A stretch of 64,000 nucleotides of DNA from Octopus sinensis (Eukaryota): positions 83,390,001-83,454,000 of the forward strand of contig NC_042997.1 in the NCBI RefSeq assembly GCF_006345805.1. The letters are read 5' to 3'. Below are positions 55,300 through 64,000 of this stretch, in pieces (positions within the stretch are counted from its first letter, which is position 1; every line of letters starts with the position of its first letter). The notes under the pieces are model-generated. The model ran no database searches, was not told where the DNA came from, and saw only the letters and a list, made by a program, of their open reading frames with translations. The position numbers were made by a program, and so were the translations under genes.

Positions 55300-55634
55300 A
55301 GGCACATGGCTCAGTAGTTAGAGTATTGGGCTGATAATCATGAGGTCATGAGTTTGATTCCTGGACCAGGCTGTGTGTTGTGTTCTTGAGCAAGATACTT
55401 TATTTCATGTTGCTCCATTTCACTGAACTGTAGAAATGAGTTGCGACATCACTGGTGTCAAGCTGTATTGGCCCTTGTCTTTCCCTTGGATAACATTGGT
55501 GGCATGGAGAGGGAAGGTTGGTATGCATGGGCGACTGCTCGTCTTCCATAAACAACCTTGCCAATACTTGTGCCTCAGAGAGTAACTTTCTAGATGCAAT
55601 CCCATGGTCGTTCATGACCAAAGGGGGTCTTTAC
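55300..55634 (+). mobile_element. SINE family D
   Basis: ggcacatggctcagtagttagag...catggtcgttcatgaccaaagggggtc. Confidence 0.85.
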
Positions 55635-56276
55635 AAGTGAGAGCACTGGAGGAGCAGAAACAGTTGAGTATTGAACTGAACATAATGTAATGTTTGATTT
55701 TACCCTTCTACATTTTTTGTTCAAATACAGTCAAGGTCAGCTTTGTGTCTCAACCCACCACAACTGATCAAAGATCCTTAAGGTCATATAAAAATTTAGG
55801 TCAACTGATTGTGTTTCTATACACACAGCTTGTCCAACACTCAACTATGTATAACAAGAATATTCAAGTTAAAAGTGTTTAAGCTTGATTTAATAAAATG
55901 CCAAATACAAAAAACAAAACACTCGCACAAATGTTCCCTTTCTAAGTTAAGAAACAGACTAAATATAAATAGAAACCATGTGATAAGTGATGTAAAACAG
56001 TCCACCATACAAAAAAAACTCATCAAAACTATTCCAGCTATCTTGGTGTTAAGCATCTGGAAGATATTTCTTCTCTTTGTTTTGTTTGCAAATGAATTTG
56101 AGCTCAGCAATGTAAGCCAACAAAGCATTCAATTATAAAGTGAGCTTAGAGTAATGGAGGTGGCTTAATGTGTCAGATGTGCAGATCAAATGCATTTAAG
56201 TAATTAGTTTTGTTCTTTTAAATTCTGAGTTCAACTAACATTAGACCTAACATTTCCTTCTTACTGGAATGTATAA

Positions 56277-56507
56277 TTTAAACTCTTTAGCATTCAGATT
56301 ATTTTGTCAAATGTAATGCTTATTTATTCATACTATTTTGATTTAATCATACATTATCTCATAGATTCAAGATTTTGATGATGTGATGGTTTATTTTTAG
56401 AAGGACATTGTAGGGTAGGTGTGAGTGGCCATATCTGGCCAGTTTAAACACAAAACAGGCAGAATATTTGGGTCACATATGGCTAGTTTAAATGCTAAAT
56501 GGTTAAG
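56277..56507. mobile_element. piggyBac-like MITE copy
   Basis: ttaaactctttagcattcag ... tttaaatgctaaatggttaa. Confidence 0.75.
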
Positions 56508-57482
56508 AATAAGTTAGGGGAGATTTTATTTGCACACAAGTCCAGGCTCACTCAAGTCAAGTTAAGTCCAGCCACACTATACCAGACCACCATCAAATTA
56601 TGTATTGTTTCCAAGCAATTAAGGTGTTTCCTGTCTGCCAAGTTAATATGTTAAAGCAAATCTTTTTATTGTATTCCAAAAGAGATAACTGAAGTCAGAA
56701 CATACTAAATTGACAGAGTATCACTTCAGTAGAATAATAGTCAATGAAGTGAATAATGTGTAACGACTGTGTTGATGGCCAAGTTTCACTGGTTCAGTTA
56801 ACGTTATAAATAGGTACCATGAAATAGATACAGATCACTATTGTAAAAAGCAGTATACTGTCTAACAGATCTTTAGCTATTTGCAGTGCAGAGTTGATTC
56901 GTGTCTGAAGAACTCCCATTGCAACTTGTCCTTTATTCAATAAGCAATAGAGAAAGGAGATTCAACAGAAATTAATCACATAATCAAACAGGTATGCACT
57001 TGTTTGTAAATGCAGAAAGTTTGTAGAAGAGTTGATACAGTATTAGACTACCTTTTCACAGGCATAAGATAAATCTAGTTGAGTCATGCCTTTGTGTGTT
57101 AAGCCAGTGCATACAATAAATACAAACATTAACAGTTTCAGCTGATAAGAATCAATGCAAAGGGAATATTTAACATCCAATCCCACAACTGCTCCCTAAA
57201 TGCATATATAAACCATAGTTAAACATCAACACTTAAGAGCAGTACTGAATCAGTTTAGATATCTAATTAGCCTGGCTATACAAGTACTGATGAGCAGTGA
57301 GCACTATAGTATTAGCAGTACATTCCTATCAAATATGGTTTGTAACCTTTGATCAATTCTAAATTGCAGTTAACTATACCTACTCTGATAATGATCTTTA
57401 GGAAGATATGAACCTCATAACTTATCCCCACCACACACACAATTCCAGATATCAATACAGCTAAACCCTAGTTGACACTTAC

Positions 57483-57641
57483 TTTTAATTAAGTTCAAGC
57501 AAGTGAGTCTCTTGAACAAGTGCACTAGTAGAAACATCTCCCAGTAGACATATAGTGTCTTCTTTGACGTACTACGGGCTGGACTAAATGTAGTGCAATG
57601 AATCGAGTTTTTTAGCTAGCTTCAGGCAGTTACATAATATG
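57483..57641 (-). other. Candidate distal non-coding exon (SNX13 5' UTR or lncRNA)
   Basis: Acceptor gctctactttcag|, donor AAA|gtaagt. 159 nt non-repetitive, closed in all frames. Confidence 0.3.
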
Positions 57642-58014
57642 CTGAAAGTAGAGCTAACAGTAAAACACTGTAACAGGTGTGAATCTGACAGAAACAGATA
57701 TAGGACATGAAATATATCATGGAGCAAGGTAATCTGGTTCTACAACATATATATTGAGACAATGAATTCACTTAACTTTTCCCAAATCAAAACTAAAAAT
57801 GCTTTAAACATTGATATTATTATTACCATTTTTACATTTGATTTTTTTTTTAAGGCATGAATTGATTAAGACTTTTTGATACAGTATTCAATGGCTAAAT
57901 GTTCTAACACTTACACTTTGTTGTTTTCAATAAGGTGATTTATCCCATGTTTCAAACCATTGAGCTATTGGACGTTTTATTTATGTAAATATGTAAGACA
58001 TAAACAATAGCAGT

Positions 58015-58218
58015 TTCAGATTCTGGCACAAGACCAGCAATTTCAGGGATGGGCTAAGCTGATTACATTAAACTCAATACTCAACTGGTACTTATGCTAT
58101 CAACCCTGAAAGGATGAAAGGCAAAGTCGACCTCAACAGAATCTGAACTCAGAAGATAAAGACAAATGAAATGCCACTAAGCATTTTTCCCAGTAAGGAC
58201 TCTGCCAGCTTCCCACCT
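58015..58218 (-). mobile_element. SINE family B
   Basis: gaaaggatgaaaggcaaagtcgacctcaacagaatctgaactcag. Confidence 0.8.
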
Positions 58219-58370
58219 TTAAGACATAAACAATGTCACTACTGCCTAAGTGGTTTCAATAAAAAGACCATCCACACACACACACATGTATATGTGAGTA
58301 TAGAGAGAGAGCAAGTTGGATAGATGGATGGATATGTGTGTGTGTGTGTGTGTGTGTGCATGTGTGTGTG

Positions 58371-58402
<32 letters not shown>

Positions 58403-59477
58403 TGTATATACACACATACATAAGCTTCCATTTGGTTTCTATTCATCAAATTTTACACACAAGGTATAAGTCAACCCAAGGTTATAGTAGAAGATACTTG
58501 CCCAAAGTGCCATACAGTGGAATCAAACCCAAAACTATGTGCCTATGAAGTGAACTTCTTAACTACATAGCTATGCCTGCAGCTATTACATGTTTAAAAC
58601 AAATTTTATTTTAAATATATAAATATATTATATACCAAACTAATATAATTAACTGCATTTGTATTCTAGCCTTTAAAAATAACACCTTCTTGCAGTTATC
58701 TTTAAAGAAGAAAGAGAATCTGTATGGTACTGCAAGAAATAACAGCTAGATCTCCCTCAAATATTGTAATGTTATATATACAACATTGAAACACCTTGAT
58801 ATTCAACCAGTGATTCCAATCAGATCTTAAAGAAGGTTCTCTTTGTGGAAATTAGACAACTAGATAGAAATGACATATTGAACTGTAACAAATCTTCTAT
58901 GGTTTAATTTTTTCCACACCATATCACTATATATCCCTATATAAATGTGTGCATGAATGCAATCAAACAAACAAGAAGATAAACATTTGGAATATTTTCA
59001 TAAACTTTTGGTTTCAAAATTTGGCACAAGGCTAGCATATTTGGGGAAGGGACTAAGTCAATTACAACAAAACAAGTACTCAACAGGTACTTATTTTATC
59101 AACCCTGAAAGGTAAAGTCAATATAAGCAGACAGATGAAATACAGTTAAGCATTTTGTCTGGCATGTTAATGATTCTGTCAGCTCTCTACCTTGTTCAAT
59201 TAATATATTAAATTTGTTTTGCCTGAAGTCAACCATGCTAGAACAGGCCTATGACCAAAAGGCAATCTGGTCATGAACATTCCATCTTCGTTTCTGGCAA
59301 GACATAATTCAGGTACAGTGTATGCTACATCATCGAATATGTCCAACCTTTTCTGAGATGTTGGTTTAATTTCAGGGAGATTTAAAAAGTATTTCTAATC
59401 AGTTTGTTGTTAGACTTGTAATATGAAATGTATTTAAATCCAATAACAATTAGGATTTTAATCAATAGCCTCAAGCC

Positions 59478-59748
59478 GATCAAAGCCTTGTGAGTGGATG
59501 TGATAGTTGGAAACAGAAGCCCATCGTATAATATATATGTGCGTGTGTGTGTGTATGTGCTTGTGTGTTTGTACCCCCAACATCGCTTGACAACCATGGG
59601 TTTACGTCCCCGTAACTTAGCAGTTCAGCGAAAGAGACCGATAGAATAAGTACTAGGCTTACAAAGAATAAGTTCTGGCATCAATTTTCTCAACTAAAGG
59701 TGGTGCTCCAATATGGCCACAGTCAAAAGACTGAAATAAGTAAAAGAA
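59478..59748 (+). mobile_element. SINE family A, 5'-truncated, abutting the Penelope element
   Basis: caaagccttgtgagtggat ... ggtggtgctccaatatggccacagtcaaaagactgaaataagtaaaag. Confidence 0.8.
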
Positions 59749-59778
59749 TATATGGACATATTCTTTCTTTTATCTAAT

Positions 59779-62394
59779 ACGCTCATCAGAGTCAGCCGAT
59801 ATGGAAGGGAATATGGCAACTGCTTTCTATTGATGGGTTGATTAACACAACCGGTCAGCAGTTACTGTGAAAACGTTGGACCAGGGGATTAGTTTAGGCA
59901 TTATGTCACTTAATCGGGTATGCTGTGAAACCAGCAAGAATTATCTTAAAGTTGGAAAAGTGTTTATTATTAATGTGGTGCTCTTGTGAGGATGGAGTGT
60001 GTGGTATGTGTAGCATGTCGTATGTATAATTTTTTCCAGTGTTGTAGGTATGTATAGCTGTGTTCATTGGTTTGTTTTCTTTCTGTAAAGGATAAAGTCA
60101 TGGGAGGGGTATGTTAGCATGCCATGTGTAATGTGTGTGTGTGTGGGGGGTCTACAACCCTAGCCAAGCATGTCTGGACTTTGAAAGAAAATGCCACGGA
60201 GTACAGCATAAAGTAGAAGATCCTAGAAAGATGCAAAGCATACTTCAATTATAGCAGGAAGTGCAGATTATGCCTGGCTGAGAAGAGAGTAATTTTAAAA
60301 GGTACCCAATGCCTGGATGTTTACCTGAATAGCAAGAATGAGGTGTTTAATCTTTGCCCACATGAAAGGAAGTACATTCTATCATACCTGCATGCCCTAC
60401 CATGACTACAACCACAGGTCCCCTGCTTCGACCTTCCATCAATGTCCTAGAGCCCAGCAACAAGAGTTTGACCAAAGCTAGTACCCTTCAACTAGCTTTG
60501 GCCTCTACAGGGAGGACACACTGGTAATATCAAGAGAATGACCACCTGCTAGATAAGCTCAGAAAGGACTTCACAGACACCATGAACTCCCTTGGACTGA
60601 AGGTCACTATAGAGACCAACCTAAAAATAGTGGATTTCTTTAATGTGACCCTAAACTTGGAATCAGGTACCTATAAGCCCATTAGGAAACCAAATGAGAA
60701 GTTGTCTTACATTAACATAGGTTCCTGCCATAGTGTTCCGGAACCTGGTTAAGGGTGTCAACAGGAGAATCTCCAGTTTGTCTTCAAGCAAAGAGATCTT
60801 TGATGCTGCTGCTGCATACTACAACCAGGCCCTGGCTGCTAGTGGTTTCAAGGATAATATTAGTTACATGCCAAACCCTAGCCCCCTGCAAGAGAAAATG
60901 CCACTGGAAAGTACTGTGGTTCACACCGCCTTTCTCTTTAAATGTTAGGACCAGAGCAGGTAAGATCTTAAGTTTAAGTAGTATGGGGAATCTGTACACA
61001 CCTGTACTTGGCTAAGTGAACTATACTAGTTAGTATAAATGAGCATGTGCAAAATAGTCTGGGAAGAGTGTTATATGCGAAGTCTCAAATTATATAGGTT
61101 GTAGGAATTATTGAATAATATCTTGGAGTGCTTGTTGAAGATACACAGTTGGAGAGTAATAAGAGAACATCGGAAACATTTGATATCATAACAGTTCAGA
61201 TATAACAGTGACGACAAGAAGTCATACAACATATCAGTTCAGTTGACAGACACTTCTCTCATACCAACAGCTTCAACAAAATATTTACTAGACATACCCT
61301 GAAATTATCCTTTAACTGTTCACCTACTGTAAAAAAGATAATAGTAGGTAGACCTGAGGCAGGATACTCATGCAGGGTAACACAACTTGTCCACTAAACT
61401 GCCACTGCAATATGGAAACAGTTGTTTATGAGGTAGAAGAAACAGCAACTGGACCCAATGGACAACTGAGCGTGCAGAAGTATGTCGGGGCAATAGAAGG
61501 TCCCTTCAGAACCTGCTTTAATAACCACAAGTCCTCATTCAACATCCCAGAGAAACATAACACCACAACCCTAGCCAAGCACATCTGGACTTTGAAAGAA
61601 AATGCCACGGAGTACAGCATAAAGTAGAAGAACCTAGAAAGGTACAAACCATATTTCAATAGCAGCAGGAAGTGCAGATTATGCCTGGCTGAGAAGAGAG
61701 CAATTTTAAAAGGTACCCAACACCCGGATGTTTACTTGAATAGCAGGAGTGAGGTGTTTAATCCTTGCCCACATGAAAAGAAATACATTCTATTGTACCT
61801 GCATGCCCCACCATGACTGCAACCATGGGTCCCCTGCCTTGACCTTTCAACAATGCTCTTGAGCCCAGCAAAAAGAGTTTGACCAAAGCACACACCAAGG
61901 CACCTATGTACACACATGCACACACTCCTATAAAGCAGACATCCCACAAAATAAACTGTCTCCCCACCACCAACACATAGCCCTTCACACAAATTGTAAC
62001 CCCCACACACACATTACATGCTAAAAGAACCACCACCCTCTGACTTTATCCTTTACAGAAAGAAAACAGACCAACGAACACAGCTATATATACCTACAAC
62101 CCCAGAAAAATTATACATATGACACTGCTGCACATACCACACACTTCATCCACACAAGAGCACCACAATAATATACACTATCCCTACTTCACGAGAACTC
62201 TTGCTGGTTTCACAGCATACCCTACCAAGGGACATAACTCCTAAACTAATCCCCTGGCCCCTTTTTCATTCTATCACCTTGTTCACAGCAACTGTTGATC
62301 GGTTGTGCTAATCCACCTCCGACAATAAAATGCAGTCGCCATACTTCCTTCCATATCAGTTAACTCTGATGAGCGTGAAATTATATAATCAGTT
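59779..62394 (+). mobile_element. Rearranged Penelope-like element: inverted terminal repeat, partial direct repeat, RT C-terminus, GIY-YIG endonuclease, terminal repeat with hammerhead motif
   Basis: FGLYRED, (D)VTLNLESGTYKPIRKPNE and YVGAIEGPFRTCFNNHKSSF motifs. 59779-60155 is the reverse complement of about 62000-62376; 60153-60478 is a direct copy of about 61564-61889. Confidence 0.9.
62362..62394 (+). ncRNA. Minimal type I hammerhead ribozyme motif in the Penelope terminal repeat
   Basis: aact CTGATGA gcgt GAA ATTATATAAT C agtt: 4-bp stem I, palindromic stem III, AUC triplet. Confidence 0.65.
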
Positions 62395-62769
62395 TGTTAC
62401 CTAACACTCCATTGTATTCTTTACGCAAAACCAATTGGTAAGACTAGCTGTGGTGGATATTTAATACTATACATTTCGGATAATATACCCACCCTACTTA
62501 CAGACATACGAGTGTATCTCTTCCTTGACTTACGGTTTCTTAGACGACTCATGCACACACACACACATATATATATAATATATATATATATATATGGGGA
62601 GTAGATAAACATCTAACAACTGAAGGGTCATTCTTTGTATTACTTGTTCTGTTTTCTATTTTTTTACCTCATTTAGGTATTTAACTCATTTGTTTTTGTA
62701 TTTCATGTTGTTTACTGTAGGTGATGTCCTGTACCCATATATGCATATATATATATATATACTTTTCTA

Positions 62770-62978
62770 CACTAGGTACAAGGCCTGAAATTTTTGGAGA
62801 GGTGGGGGGGCAGTTGATTAGGCTGACTCCAGTACACAACTGGTACTTAATTTATCAACACCAAAAGGATGAAAAACAAAGTCAAGCTTGGCGGAATTTG
62901 AACTCAGAACATAAAGACAGAAGAAATAGCGCTAAGTATTTTGCCCAGCATGCTAACATTTCTGTTAGCTCACTTACC
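62770..62978 (-). mobile_element. SINE family B
   Basis: ggtacaaggcctgaaattt...aactggtacttaatttatc...gctaacatttctgttagctc. Confidence 0.8.
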
Positions 62979-62992
62979 TCTCTCTCTCTCTG

Positions 62993-63136
<144 letters not shown>

Positions 63137-63517
63137 CAAGGGGCTATAGTAAAAGACATCTGCCTAAAGTGTGTTCAGTCCCACAGCAGAGCAGCTTGAC
63201 CAAATGTCTACTATAGCCTTGAGCTAATCAAAGCCTTGTGAGTAGCTTTGATAGATAAAAACTGAAGGAATTCAAAAATGTGTGTGTGTGTGTTTGTATT
63301 TAACAATTTGGTTTGGTTCCATGCACATTAAACATCAATCTAAGTGACGAGCCTAAGGTGTATGGAACCAAATCAAACTATTATTAAATAGTAATGTTGC
63401 AGCCATCTGGTTCGCCAGTCCTCAGTCAAATCATCTGGTTCGCCAGTCCTCAGTCAAATCATCAAACCCATGCTAGCATGGAAAGCAGACGTTAAACGAT
63501 GATGATGATGTATTCCT

Positions 63518-63725
63518 AAGGTGGCGAGCTAGCAGAATCCTTAGCATGCCAAGCAAAATGCTTATCAGCACTTCATCCATCTTTACATTCTGAGATCAAA
63601 TTTCACTAGGGTTGACTATAACTTTCATCATTCCAGGGTTGATAAAATTAGTATTAGTTGAATCAGTGTCATTGACTTATCCTTCCCCCAAAATAGCTGG
63701 CCTTGTGCCAAAATTTGAAACCAAT
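63518..63725 (+). mobile_element. SINE family B (inverted relative to 62770-62978)
   Basis: aaggtggcgagctagcagaatccttagc...ggccttgtgccaaaatttgaaacc. Confidence 0.8.
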
Positions 63726-63779
63726 ATATGTACTCGTACCAAATGTGTTGAGTGCATCTTTCATTTGTCCACTCATTTG

Positions 63780-64000
63780 CAGGAGTGGCTCTGTGGTTAG
63801 AAGTTTGCTTCCCTACCACATGGTTCTGTGTTCAGTCCCACTGCATGACACCTTGATAAGTATCTTCTACTATAGCCTTGGGCTGACCAAAGCCTGGAGA
63901 GTGGATTTGGTAGATGGAAACTGAAAGAAGATATATAGATAGATAGATATGTGTGTCTTTGTGTCTGTGTTTGTCCCCTACCACTGCTTGACAGCTGGTA
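63780..64000 (+). mobile_element. SINE family A, runs off the window end
   Basis: gcaggagtggctctgtggttagaagtttgcttccc...gaaactgaaagaag. Confidence 0.85.

Noticed and set aside
56887-56991. Plus-strand acceptor/donor pair
   Set aside because: Closed in all frames with no supporting neighbours; could be chance.
59783-59789. CTGATGA on the minus strand as a second complete hammerhead
   Set aside because: Homology stops after GCGT; the GAAA, stem III and cleavage site are absent.

Overview
AT-rich animal genomic DNA, very probably a coleoid cephalopod (octopus-type). This is inferred from the dense (TA)n/(CA)n microsatellites and the repeat families. The only host gene I can support is the 5' part of sorting nexin 13 (SNX13) on the minus strand. 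It has four coding exons (39480-39607, 18424-18523, 9604-9693, 7890-8011) that splice in frame and encode two N-terminal TM segments plus the start of the PXA domain. Candidate non-coding 5' exons lie upstream, and the gene continues left of the window. The rest is intronic or upstream repeat: several tRNA-derived SINE families, a young 5'-truncated CR1-group LINE, old RTE and R4/Dong-like LINE remnants, Penelope-like elements (PLEs), piggyBac-/hAT-like MITEs, Helitron-like elements, and one tRNA-Thr pseudogene. The most notable observations are: (1) several minimal hammerhead-ribozyme motifs with palindromic stem III tied to PLE-like sequences; (2) a LINE whose 3' tail matches the dominant SINE, a candidate LINE/SINE partnership; (3) a uORF-bearing multi-exon 5' UTR candidate for SNX13; (4) several fold-back structures that could be dsRNA/ADAR substrates. 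Repeat boundaries are approximate (about +/-10-20 nt), family names were assigned by eye, and no database search was run.
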